Source of the DNA: Microthyrium microscopicum | Taxonomy: Eukaryota | DNA: 64,000 bases | Reading direction: 5' to 3' | NCBI GenBank assembly: GCA_010405405.1 | Contig: MU004238.1 | Coordinates: forward strand, 197,530 to 261,529 | Shown here: piece by piece, positions 46,761 through 59,889 of the stretch | Layout: each line of letters starts with the position of its first letter | Position numbering within the stretch: the stretch's first letter is position 1 | The notes under the pieces: generated by a model | Told to the model about the DNA's origin: nothing | Databases searched by the model: none | What the model saw: only the letters and a program-made list of their open reading frames with translations | Translations under genes and position numbers: made by a program

Positions 46761-47213
46761 TCTCTTACTACACGAGCCTCCTTCATACACGGATTTCACG
46801 CCTCGAGAGGAAAAAAAGAGAACTGCGTTTTAACTCTTTTGTTCTCAGGACTCTTCTCTCTTTTGAAAGCTTTGAAACAGTGGAGTTCTTTAGGCGGCTA
46901 GTCTAGTCCTGTTTGCTAGCCTCCAATGAGACCAAAAGTAATTGCCGTGTTTTCCGTTGGTGGGTTAGCATTCCCGAGTTCGCTTTGATTCTAACTGAAA
47001 GAGTCATGAAATACATCCTCATAATCGGCATCATGCATACTTTCGGGGCGTATATAAGAGGTTAGTTACTTCGGGAATAATCATTACCGTGCCTTCGATG
47101 CCCATCCCAAAGGATCTGAGAAGTTTAGATAATTCCAACAACTCTTGCCACTCACTCCGTTATGCATTATCTGGAAGTTCCTCTTCGTTAAAATTATTGG
47201 CCATCATATAGAC

Positions 47214-49081
47214 ATGTCTTCACATACTAGCATCGAGGATGAGAAATATTCTAAGGGGGACTTGGGAAAATCACCACAGGATTTGACTGAAGACGTACCG
47301 AATATAGGCCACCCAATTGTCAATACAGCGACTACACCTCCAGCTCTGATCACAGAAATAGACAAAGGACTTATAGCTTGGGAATCTCAAGATGACCCCG
47401 AAAATCCATTGTAAGCGAGTTTGTGTAGTTCGTTCTCATGTATGCTAACATTGGCTAGAAAATGGCCAGCTCGCAAAAGACGGATCAACTTGACACTTAT
47501 AAGTCTAATCACATTCATCAGGTACGTCTTGGACTTACATCTTGAAAACATTCAGGGCTAACTTGCCGTTTCAAATAGTCCTCTTGGATCATCCATATTT
47601 GCGCCTGGAATTGGATATACCTTGGCAGACCTCCATGAGTCCTCTCAAGCAGTTGGCTCTCTTATGATCACGATCTTTTTGCTAGGCTATAGTATTGGGC
47701 CACTATTTCTAGCACCTCTAAGTGAAATGTATGGTCGATGGCCAGTCATTGTAGGGGCGTGCTGGTTCTTCAATGCCTTTCTGCTAGGGTGTAGTTTTGC
47801 TCAAAATATGCCTGGTTTGATCATCATGAGGTTTTTGGCTGGCACTGGAGGATCCGCTGTCATGGCAATTGCTCCCGCGATTGTTGCAGATATGTATCCC
47901 GTTGAGCGAAGGTCCTTCGCCATGGCCATCGTCCTTGTATGTTGTCCAAGAACGCCTAGCGATAGATCTTTTTGTGCTGACTGTTCATAGGTCGTCCAGT
48001 CTGTCAGCCCTGCTGGTAGGTTTGACTGATCTATTGATCTAGATGTGTAGCACTGATATTCTCATAGCTGGTCCAATTGCTGGTGGTTTTATTGCTCAAC
48101 AACTCAGCTGGAGATGGACATATTGGATCTTGCTCATTTTCAGCGCATTCATCACCACCCTCATAACCTTTTTTATGCACGAATGTTATGGCCCAGCGAT
48201 CTTAGAGCGTAAAACCCGCCGTCTGCGTAAAGAACTCAATCGCCCAGAGTTGAGATCCAAAATGGCCTTGCCCGTCACCAAATGGGGACTCTTGAAGCGC
48301 AGCTTATATCGACCTATGAAGCTGCTGACCCATTCGCCTGTTGTTATCCTCTTCAGCTTGTATGTGGCTTGCATTTATGGCATGCTATATCTTTGCTTAA
48401 CGACTGTATCCTTGATCTTCACAGACCAGTACGGATTTTCGATCGAGATAACAGGTCTCATCTACATCAGCTTCGCAGTCGGCATGGTCATATCACTTGG
48501 CTTTCTTATGAACACGCAAGACAAATCGGTCGCCAAACAACGGGTTCTCAACAATGGCGTCTTCGAACCAGAAATGCGACTGAAGAACCTGATTTATATC
48601 GTGGCATGGGTTGGACCGGCTCTCATAGTCTACGGCTGGACTGCTCAATACCACGTCCACTGGATTGTTCCTACCATTGCTCTGACATTCTTCGGGTTTG
48701 GTATGGTGGGAATATTCATGGGAACACAGACCTATGTGGTGGACTCATTTTCAGCGTATGCTGCCAGCGCTGTCGCAGCTGTGACCTGTGTGAGAAGCGG
48801 AGTTGGTACATTCTTGGTATGTTCTGCACTCACTGACGCAATATTTGGTAAAATTTGACTGACGTTAATCCACATCAAGCCTTTCGCTGGCCCACCTTTA
48901 TTTACAAAGCTTGGTGTCGGTTGGGGCAACACGGTTTTGGGTCTTATTGCCATTATGTTGACCCCGATGGTCTTAATATTCCGAAGGTATATTTCCACCT
49001 GCTTGTATGTGCGATGATTACTAACATCCTTATCTCAGATATGGAAAGACTATTCGCACCAGGTATCCAGTAGATTTATGA
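47214..49081 (+). CDS. MFS drug:H+ antiporter (DHA1 family), multi-exon
   Basis: WESQDDPENPLKW, GPLFLAPLSEMYGRWP, ADMYPVERR, FEPEMRL, YVVDSFSAYAASAVAA and LGVGWGNTVLG. Confidence 0.92.
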
Positions 49082-49679
49082 GCGGGGAAGACTGCTCATA
49101 GACAATCCAAGCTTAGTCCAACCTTGAGCTGGTCAGCGCATCCCATATCAGAATGCTGCGATCCATGGCTAGGATCAGGATCCGGCGGTTCCAGCGCAAC
49201 TCACATTTGGCCCATAAGATTGCAAGCTTATGGTGGGCATACTCTGCTTCCTGGATGTTGCAATGGCATGCTGGAACATCACAAAAGTGCTCTCGTGGCA
49301 TTATATGCCTTGGTTATGAACAACATAGGGACCTACTGATCGAATCCTGAGAATGGGCACCCGATCATTGGTGTATCAAACATTCACCAAGGAATAGAGC
49401 ATACTCTGAAAGTGGACTACTGACTATAGATAAAGTCGAGCATAGAGGAATAGGTCAAAATGAAGGTTCTGCAAAACAGCACGTCGCGTCAAGGTTAACA
49501 TATCAAAGAGCAACCAAATACAATTTAAACCTAAGAAAATGACGTTGCAGGTGAAAGTGAAGAAATCTGTCAAAGAAAGCCACCCTATTGATACCCTGTT
49601 ATTTTACGACTGTTGGCGAAACACTCTGTAGACTCATATTGGTAATGGAAAAAGGAACTGTCAGTCCGAACTGGTCAAC

Positions 49680-51064
49680 TTAGTCTCTATTGACTGGAGG
49701 ACCAACTGGTCGGTCTATGTCCAATTCATATAGAGGCGGCGAGCCTGGCTGGGAACTTGGGGTTGGAGAAAACCTGTGATCTGCTGAGATCTCCGACTGT
49801 CTTGACTGGTCTGAAAACATGTTTATAGGCTGGTAATCTGATGTTTGATTATACCCTCCCGGAGAATGTTGAGCTAGTGTAGGTGATGTATGTTGGGAAC
49901 CTATCTCTACTTTTTCGGGCGGTACAGAAATAGCTTCTGCTGCATACATGTAATTTCCCGGGTGAGCTAAAGTGGAGAAAGTCAGGCTATAGTATTGATC
50001 TAGGTTTCAAGGACTTACCTGCAGTTGCTGGGCTTTGATGATACTCGCTGATCTCGGCTGTTCTGCGTTTATGTCTTCTTCTCAAAACGAGAAAGACGGC
50101 AGTGACTAATAGTGCAAGAAATAGCAGAGGCCCAATTATCACGCCAGCCAAAGCTCCTGACGATAAATGGTGACCGGAGGGATTTGGACTAGGAGAAATT
50201 ATCGAGGCATTCTTTGGAGGGTTGTTCTGTGAGCTTATCCAGTCTAGCACAATTTTATCTGTTGACTGCCAGTGTATTACGATGGCATTCGCCCCTATAG
50301 ACGCTCCTTTGGTTACAAGCACAACATCGGTAGAAATTTGCGCAGCAAATCCGGCTGTGACAGAGCCGGCTATGGTTTGTGTAGTTCTCGGGACATAACG
50401 GTATTGTACAACAGTTGTCTGATATGCTTTCGTAGATGCAGGAACAGTTGTACCAGGTTGAGTCAGGGCGGTGGAAGGGCCGTCAATGAACGAAGAACAG
50501 CTTCCGGCGCCAAACAGATATCCACTAGAACAGCATCAGTTATGTACTCGTAGGGACTGTAAGATATTCATACGACGGACAGCAATTGCCCTGTGTAACT
50601 GTCACAACAGATCCCGTGCTCCCTGTTGTGCTTGATGTGGAACTTGCTAGATGGTAACCAAGTGGGCAGATTCCTGGCGAGTACTGAACCAAATCTCCCA
50701 AGTCGAAAAAGCGAGTAGGGAAACAATCTGTTCTGTCGGCATTGGGAAGATAAAACGTAGGAAAGTCCGTGGCTGTCTTGCTCAGTTGAACCCAGCTATA
50801 TGCATGCCAGGCTGAGAAACAATCAGAGGCTGGAGTAAAAGTAGTAGTCAGTGGTTGTGTTGACCAATATGTCGAAGTGAAGATCAGTGGTGTACTCGTA
50901 TATGTCGTAGAGCCGGTAGTCACCGTCGTGGGAGCGTAGTATGAACCGTATACAGTCAAGACAACGTCGGAACGAGCTATGAAGGGGTAATCATTGCCTA
51001 GCGGAACGGTCTCGGTAGTTTGGGTTGAGAACGTCCCATAATTTTGGAGCGTGTTGCTTGACAT
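49680..51064 (-). CDS. Single-pass membrane protein with a Thr-rich Cys-containing ectodomain (Mid2/Wsc-like topology), 3 exons
   Basis: PLTTTFTPASDC, CFP..YSPGICPLGY..CCPS|GY, HWQSTD, and TM GALAGVIIGPLLFLALLVTAVFLVL followed by RRRHKRR. Confidence 0.75.
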
Positions 51065-52109
51065 GCTTGGCTAGCTCCTGAAGGATATTCCCCGTTTTAT
51101 ACAAAATTGAAAATCTAATCCGAGGCGATCATGTCCATGAAGGGTTCTTGTGTGAGTTGAGATGAGGAAGTAGAATGGAAAACGATCTTGCCGTTTGAGC
51201 GGGGAAGAAGAAGTAGAAGGATTATTCGTAAATCTAGATCATTCAGCCTGATGAACTATCTTTGCCTCCGCTTCTAAGCCTCTTTCTTACTCGTCGTGCT
51301 TCCAAGCTACATGCATGCGAGGGACAAACAAGGTGCCATGCAGATGCGCGACAAAGAGATGGTGCATTTCCGACTTTTGAGCCAATAACCGAATATAATC
51401 AATCTTTTGTGCTGGCAGTTTTGATAGCAGATTACGGGCCTGAGATAGTGTCTCTGCCATTCAGCCTGATGCCAAGATCTTTGCTAAGTACTAAGCAAAG
51501 AGGACAAGAAGTCAAGCCGGCCTTCGGAGTTCAAGAGAGAAATATTTAATCGCTTCTTCACTCCATACAGCCTGTTAAGGTCGCATAATGCAGAGAACCA
51601 TTTCAGCCGCAGTTTTGGTTGTTGATTCGAGTCGAGCAATCTAATGGACTGTAGGGGCTTTCGGTTCCTGAATGATATTCAAGTAGGGAAACTGGTCAAG
51701 AGAGCAGCTGCATCATTTGATATTGTCGAAGCCAATCTCGAGGCGTGAAGCAACGAAATGGCGCAGGATCGGGACCGCAATCCTGCTCAGCCTAGCTCTT
51801 GCTTTTACATATCTCGCTGATCAGTTTTCAGTCCAGATATTAACTTTGCATGCGGGTAGATTATCACTTGTATGTTTTCTTCTTGATCTCCCATTGGTAT
51901 ATATTGTGTGTGAGGGAAGTTCGAGCTGTTGTAAGATTATCTCCATGTCGAGGAGCAGAATGTCGTTAAGAAGCATCGACCAATCACATTACAAGAGATA
52001 GGCTTTTTCTTCCTTGCAAAAACATAATACCTCTGGTGTGCATTCTATCCCCTAGACCCTAGTTTTTGACGCAGATTTTTACCTGCTTTAGCTCCACATC
52101 TAATTGGAT

Positions 52110-55100
52110 CGAGATCTAGAACTAAAGAGCACGTTAGTATATAAATTTGTATATAATTAAACTATTAGATCCTCTAGTTTTATAGTCCTACTATTAGTCT
52201 CTAATCCTAAACCTTAAATATTAACGTTTTAGTATTATAATAAATAGTATATAAAATAATAAATCCTAATAATTTAGCTACTATTTTAAAGCCTAAAGAG
52301 AGCTTATTTTCTCTATCTTATAGTAATTACTATATAATTATTAGTATTAAATCTTATCTTTATTATCTTTAGTACCTATTATAATATCTAGAAAACGCTT
52401 AGTATTAGTAGATCTTAACTCTAACGTATCTCTATAATAAGAACTTTAACCTATAAAGAAGCTTACTATACTTATAGAATTAGCTTTAAGAATACCTATA
52501 GGCGTACCTATATAGATATTGCTAAAATTATACTAAAATAGGCCTAATCTTCTCTTCTAAGCTCTATCTAATTTACTACCTAAATCTCTACAAAATATAT
52601 TAATCTTAAAGTTGTTTTATACCTAAAATTCCTTATAGAGCACTTTATAAATAATAGTTCCTTACTCTTTAGTACTAAGTTAAGTAGTAGAGACGTAAGG
52701 GCCGTTATTTTAACTAATAGATAGTTCTTCTAATAATTCTATTAATTTAATTAGCTTATACCCTACTTTTTAAGTAAAGCTTTATTTAACAAAGTAGATA
52801 CTAACTAGTAAGAATAAATCTATACTAAACTGCTATAATTTTAAAGCCTTTAGTAGTATTAAAAATACGTAGAGACGTATAATTAAATAGTAAGATTAGA
52901 GAGCTAAAGAATAGTTCTATTTTATTAGTTCTAGCTTCTTAATTTAAATATTATTAAAGCTTTTTATTAAGAACACTATAAGAGATTCTAAGATAGTATA
53001 GGCTATTTAATCTAATCCTATATCTAAAGAATTATAAAATAAGCTTCTTAAAGTTTAATAAAAGGTATTAGAATATATAAAGAGAATTCGTATAGAGAAG
53101 CTAAAAATTAAGCCTATTTAGGATATATCTTAGTTAGTTAATAAAGTTAAATTAGGTCCTATAGCTTTAGGAATAGTAGAAGATCTTAAGAAGTTAAAGG
53201 AAGCTAAAGAAGCTACTTAAGACTTATAGGATACTGTTGCTAGCGCTTTAATTAAATTAAATAAGCTAAAGAACTTATATAAATAGTAGCTTAAGTTATT
53301 AGATAAATATACCTACTATAAGAAAAAATATCTAATAGCCTATAATAAGGGATACTACTTAATTCTAATATTAAATAATAAGTATATTCCTATTTTACTA
53401 GTAGTACTAATAGATTAAGTAGTAATAATAGCGAATAAACCTACTATCGTTATAAAATATTAACTACTACTAGAGATACTAACGCGTATTTTAAAGCTAA
53501 CGTTAAGTAATTAATTTAAGAAGAATATACACTTTTAACGATTAAATAAGAGTAGTAGTAGTAGTAATTTTAATAGTAATAACGTATATTTTGGCTTTAA
53601 ACTAAAGGAGATTTAGGCCGTTCTAGTAAAGAGTAGTACTATGGCGTTAGGACCTTTAGATATTAAAAATATTAATATTTTATCTACTATCTACGTTTTG
53701 CTACTACTACTATTAAAACTAATTAAATTTAATCCTAATAAAGAGATTAAGGACTTTAAGGACTAGATATTCCTACGTATTAGTATAAAGACGTTATAGA
53801 ATATTTAAATTGTACTACTATTAAAAGTATATTAAAGTAAGTATATAAGATTAGGTTAGGTAGTAGTAGTAGAAGATAATATCTTTATACGCGCGTTAAA
53901 ATACGTTAAGATAAACGCTATAGATTACTTTAAGCTATAGATTAGGAAATAGTATACTTAATATCTAGAATTAGAAAAAGAGAGAGGACGATAAGAAGCT
54001 TAGATTAAGATAGATTAATTAAATATTATATATTAAAGTTATATAGATTTATTTTACTCTTTTTAAAGTATATTTTTGCTCTCTATACTATATTTAATTC
54101 CTAAAGACCTAAATTAAGATATTACTTAAAGAGCTATTTATACTCTTTTACGTCGTTCTAGATATAATTATTTAATTAAATCTATTTCTTTAAATTACTA
54201 AATAGTTACTTAATTAGATTTAGATTAGGGCTATAAGGTAGTAGAAACAATAAGATTATACCTATAGCTTTAAAAAAAGGCTTTAGCTCTCTAGCCTTAT
54301 AAAAGAAAGCGTTATCTATAATTATAACGCTATTAGGCTAAGAGAATAGTAATATTTTCTTAATTAACTACTCTTTGTACTAAAAGGTAAATCTAGAACT
54401 ATTAGTATTATATTAATATAGATCTTAGTATAAAATACTATATATATTATATATAAGTAGTATATTTTATTACTTAGAGCTCTAAAGATATAAGAAGTTA
54501 ATATATTTAACTCTCTTTAAGCTCTAGCCTATTCTATATACTAGTAATCCTATTCTATAGCTAGATTTATTAATATAGATAAGTTAATTAAGATAGTATT
54601 TTAGGATTTCTTCTTAATATTTTTTATATTCGTATAAAGACTATTAAAGAGCTATTTTATAATACTATTTTTATTAGAAAAGATTAAATATTAATAAAAT
54701 AAAGGTATAGTAACGATACCCTCTTTTTAGTTTATTTTATACACTTTAGCGTGCGTCCTATCTTATAATAGCTAATAGAAACGTTAAAGATATCTTCTAG
54801 ATATTCTAATATTTTAAATTATATAGAATTAGGCTTTATCGTAAAATATTTAAGTAGTACTACTATTTTAGTATAATCTAATATAGGTACTTATTAAATA
54901 ACTCTAGGAATATTAAATAAAGTAGTAATTTTAAGCTTCCTATACTAATATAATACTATATTAGGATAGCATTTAGCTACTTTAGCAATCTAAGAAATAG
55001 AATACTTCTTAATAATTATATCTTAAACCTATTAGTATTATAATTAACTAATATATTTGTCTATATTTAACGATATATTAATTAGTAGTAAGCACGCTTC

Positions 55101-55230
55101 AAAAGAGTAAGAACTAATAAAGTTACAACACTATAAAGATATTAAAGTTAGATATCTTAAAAATACGCCCCTAGTAAGAAGCTAGGACTAATAAGGCGCC
55201 CTATACCAAAATCTACATACTAACGTCCTC
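52110..55230. repeat. AT-rich island heavily mutated by repeat-induced point mutation (RIP); relic repeat or mobile element
   Basis: Abrupt GC drop, TpA extremely frequent, CpA/TpG almost absent, no ORF in the track, graded edges. Confidence 0.9.
52381..53994 (+). pseudogene. RIP-destroyed ORF (~540 codons) of unknown family inside the island
   Basis: One frame stays protein-like throughout. All in-frame stops are TAA/TAG (hand count ~45), as expected from Gln/Trp codon conversion. Coiled-coil-like segment EDLKKLKEAKEAT*DL*DTVASALIKLNKLKNLY. Limits are approximate. Confidence 0.55.
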
Positions 55231-55580
55231 CACTATTCCAAGATCTATCCAATCAGCTACGGAGCTGAAACAGCAAAAATTTGCGTTCGATTCCATGCCT
55301 CTAGGGGACAGAATGCACACCAGAGGTACGGAATTTCCGCAGCTGGGGGGCATTCTAAACCACTGTGTGGGTCTTACCAGGGCTATTGTGGGACATCCGT
55401 AAGTGTGATGTGGGCGCATCAATGTCACAACATATTACTATCCTCGGCTGGGATACCACAAATCTTCCACGTCATGAATCACCGATAGAACATTGAATCA
55501 GAAAACATATTTCTTTCAGTAATCTCTGGATTAGATTTAATCTACCCGAACTACCTTCGTTTGTTCATAATTGCGCAGTG

Positions 55581-56905
55581 ATGGCGGCGACTTCTTTTAA
55601 GAAGGTGTCAGCAGAGTATCGCAAGCACCTACCAGATCTGAGTATTCCACGGTTTACAATATCAAAACAACAAGACGCCTACGAGTATTCGAAAGCCTTC
55701 CAGACGGAAAAGATTCCTCCATGGCTTTACAAGTTGACGCAAGCTTGGGAAACTCTGTACCAGGAGCCATTCAAAGGGGTCACCGTTGATGGTAAAATCG
55801 CTAGCTTTTGTCCTATTGTAGAATGCTAATTGCTAAATCAGGTAACATTATTCCGAATTTGTTCAAGAAGCAAGATGAGGGAGTCGATATCAAATCCATC
55901 GTCGGGGCAGCAGAAAATGTTTTGACCAAGCTTTCGTCAGAGCAAAAGCAGCAGCTCTCATATCCGGTGGACGCCAGAGAATGGCGAGCATGGTCTAACC
56001 CAGAGTTTCTGCTCCGTCCATTTGGCCTACGGCTGGAGGAAGTGAGCGAAGATATTGCGCAGTCCATTCTGAACGTACTGAAGGCCACGTTTTCACCTCA
56101 AGGCTATGAGAAGGCAATTGCGGCGATGAGAATAAACCACTTCTTGGGTGAGCTCTGCGAGGTCCCAAAAATCATGAACAAATACTCCTACAACTTTCTG
56201 CTCTTTGGAACGCCTTCTCCAACGGAGCCTTGGGGATGGTCTTTGTATGGTCATCATCTATGCCTCAATGTATTCCTTGTAGGGCCCCAGATCGTTATCT
56301 CTCCAACCTTCACGGGCGCCGAACCAAACATTATCGATGAAGGCGAGTTTTCTGGCACCCAAATCCTTCATACAGAGGGCAACCTTGGTCTCCGACTCAT
56401 GCAAAGCCTTTCCGACACGCAGAAGCAAAAGGCAACGATTTTCAAAGGCATGTACGACCCCGCCATGAATCCCACCGGCGATTTGACCAAAGATCGATGG
56501 AACAAAGATGATCAACGCCATCTATGTGGTGCATTCCGGGACAATAGGGTCGTTCCATATGAAGGAGTCGTTGTCGATAAGTTTACACCAGAACAAAAGC
56601 AGCTTGTTCTCGATATTGCTGAGCAGTTCCTGCTCTACCTCCCAGATTCGGCTCGAGGGTTGCGTAAGGACCTCATTCGCAGCCACTTCGACGATACTCA
56701 TTTCTGCTGGATCGGTGGACACACGGATAACGATGCGTATTACTTCCGCATTCAAAGTCCTGTAATCATTCTGGAGTTCGACCATCACTCTGGAGTATTC
56801 TTGACGAATACAGAGCCGGCCAAGTTCCATACGCATACTCTTGTTAGAACTCCCAATGGTGGTGATTATGGGTCTGTGTTTCGGAAAACTCGGGAGAAAC
56901 TTTGA
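55581..56905 (+). CDS. DUF3500 family protein, 2 exons (intron 55792-55841)
   Basis: WRAWSNPE, FGTPS.TEPWGWSLYGHHLCLN, SPTFTGAEP, GAFRDNRVVPYEG, YYFRIQSPVIILEFDHHSG and HTHTLVRTPNGGDYG. Confidence 0.88.
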
Positions 56906-57242
56906 GGTCTTTTGCGGTAGTGGAAATCATAATCATTTCGATGGCACACAACCATATCTTTTGAACTGTACCATCCGTGATCGTAGTGCTAATCGTTCGA
57001 CTGATGATGAAGAATGACAGGTGTGCGAATCAATCGTCTACCATGTGACCGGAAAAGAGGTTGATAACTCAAGGGTCATGATCTGGGCTCTGGGCAGTCA
57101 AGCAGCACTTCCAATAGGCTGCAACGGTCGTTCTTTATCGCGTCTTTATGCACCTGCGTGCTTGTCTATTCTCCCTATCGTACAGCTCATCAATTCATAC
57201 GAGACAATCAGGTTCTTACTCTCTCGTACTTCCCCATTATCT

Positions 57243-58729
57243 CTACCTGCCCAGCCCCAATCCTCTCCACACTCTCCTACTCCGAATTGCCCACCATGCC
57301 ACTGTCCCGAGCACTCCGCCGCCGAACGCGAACACCACATTCCGCAAAACCCTCGCCTGTTGACCCGCGCTCTCTTGCACAACCGAATATCGCTCATTTC
57401 CAAAGCTCACCCTCGAATACTGCGTCGCCCAACCAAGCCAAGGAATATTTGTACTCAGCCATTCCTCCACACGCTTCCGCGCCAAATATACAGTGCTCTT
57501 CACGTCCGCACTCATTTCTTTGTAGTTAGCTTGTGCCATGGCGCTGATGGCTGCGGCATCGGGAGTTCGCTCAGTAGTGTATGCCTCTAATGCGACTGCT
57601 CTGTCCTTGTGTGCGTCAAGATGGCTGTAGAGTACGCGGACGTCCTCAAGACCAGCGTTCATACCTTGGCCGTAGAATGGGACCATGGCGTGCGCTGCGT
57701 CGCCGAGAATGACGGCGGCGTCGGTGTAGTGGTACGGTGTACATGTTATGGATATTAGGGGGAGGTGTGGGTTGCTTTTATACTGTGAGATGAGGTCGGC
57801 TGGTGTGATGAGGTTTGGCGTTACGCCTGGGAAATTGGCGCGGAAGAACTCCTCGATGGTCTCGGGCTTCTCATCGAGTTCAGCAAATTTCGAAGATTGC
57901 AGAAATAACGTGCAAGTAAAGCTCTTATCGGTAGACGGAATCGCAATGAACATGAATGTATTCCCCGGCCAGATGTGTAGATGGTGCGGACTCAACCGAA
58001 ACTCCGGATCAGTGAATGTCGTGAGTGGCGGAATATGGAATTCGCACCACAGCGTATCGATGTAACTCTGCTTATAATCCATGCGTGTATACTTCATCAA
58101 GTGATACCGCACACTGCTATGCGCGCCATCAGCGCCTACAAGGAAGTCAAATTTCACCTCAATCTCCCTCATCGTTTCACGGGTTTCCGCGTTACTAGCG
58201 CTTTTGTGTTCAAACCAAGCTCGTTTACGCTTAAAGTCTGCGCCAGCAAGTTTATGATGGAAGAAGAACTTTACGTTTGGCATAGTTTCCAACTCATCGA
58301 GCAATCTCGCATTCAGTGCACCACGGTCTGCGGCACGGATGAAGCGGCCGTGGGCGTCGTATGCTTGACTCTCCTCAGTGGGTTGACCGGAGGAGGAGGC
58401 GGAGTGAATCATGCGGCCGTGCATGGGGATTGTGTCGCGAAGGATAGAGTCCAGGAGTCCAGGGCGGTTGGCATGGCGCATTGCGTTGATGCCGCGTTCG
58501 GAGAGGGCGAGGTTGATGGATTTTGTAAAGTTAAGCGGTGTCACTGAAGGATCTCGTAGGTCTGTATGATGTTAGATCCATACGATTTAAGAGAATATTC
58601 GGGTTATAGACCGCCACGCAGTTCGTATATCTCGACATCTTCGCCGCGAGTGGCGGCGTAGAGAGCGGCTAGGCAGCCTACAGGGCCAGCTCCTACTACG
58701 ATAGTCTTTTGAGTTGGCGAAGGAGCCAT
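57243..58729 (-). CDS. BNA4: Kynurenine 3-monooxygenase, 2 exons
   Basis: [60 protein letters not shown] and a C-terminal TM helix. Confidence 0.95.
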
Positions 58730-59375
58730 TGCTTCTGGTCAAGAGAAGGGAAGTTGTGGTGATACTGTTGTCAAGTCATGTTGGATGTACCGTATTGCGA
58801 TTGAAGTTACGAAGTTTATTCCGATGGAAGCCGCTAAGTGACTTCGATAACGTCATTTGATTGGTCAGGGAGGCACTTAATGACGAATCTAGAGTTGTCG
58901 CTCTATGTTTACATCAGTTTTTCTACAGAAGAAGCTGTAGTCGTGAAAGAGATAACAAATAAGAAGCTATCATCTTTACATTTCTCGTACTTCAACACTG
59001 GCCGATCGCTCCTGCTCAAAGTTTCGATATATGTTTTGAACCTGTACTCTGATTGGCCAGACGCCCCACAAAACATGATCCTTGTACGTGGCGGTCCCAC
59101 ATAGATGTCCCACATAAGCCCCTCATACCACCAAGCGGTCCGCTGCCGAACTCTCCTTCGGTAGTTACAACAGGGAAATATTCAGAATGTCTCAAGGAAC
59201 GAGATAGCTCCGAACTTAACCGACCAAAGCGCAAGCGGAGGGTGGATACCGGAGAGTTCGAAAATGCTCATATACAGTTAATATCACTAACTTCATGCTT
59301 CGTCACTGGAATTGTCTACCCGCTGTTTGGCTCATTTTTGCATTTTATCTCTTATTACTATATCTACTTGTAAAT

Positions 59376-59833
59376 ATGGGAGAACCAAAAGGACCATACC
59401 GTCTTGTTACGGTCAATACTTCACCGGAGCGGGCGAAGAAGCTTATTGGACGAATGATCGAGGATTTGAAAGATCAATATAATATTGAGCATATTGCCAA
59501 TGTCGAAAGTATGCATTATCTGTGCCGCAGGAATTCCACTTCTAACAATGATTAGAGATAGAAGATGTCAAGCCAACCGTCGAAAAGTTGAAGCCCAATG
59601 TTCTCGTAAGCATAAATTTACTCTGTTTTGGAGCCCAGATTTCGGTATTAACTTTGCGATAGTTTTGCGCGTCCATGTGGTCGCCAGAAGAAAGCGCTGA
59701 AATCCAACGAATTGCCAAAGAGATTATCCCTGATATCAAAACTCATGCCATTCCGCAAGGTCTGCAAGTGCAAAGAGGGCCGGATGCCATCGTCGAATAT
59801 TTGGATGAACAAGTTCCAAAGCTGTTGGGGTGA
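59376..59833 (+). CDS. Conserved small fungal alpha/beta protein (~117 aa) of unknown function, 3 exons
   Basis: Spliced product MGEPKGPYRLVTVNTSPERAKKLIGRMIEDLKDQYNIEHIANVE|KIEDVKPTVEKLKPNVL|FCASMWSPEES...HAIPQGLQVQRGPDAIVEYL, with canonical introns. Confidence 0.8.
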
Positions 59834-59889
59834 TATGCTGATCTTGCCGTACTGTATTGCGACGAGAGCACTTTGTAAAACTTCTAGAA

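Noticed and set aside
52020..55300. Assignment of the RIP island to a specific transposon class
   Set aside because: No TIR, LTR, TSD or catalytic motif could be recognised by eye.
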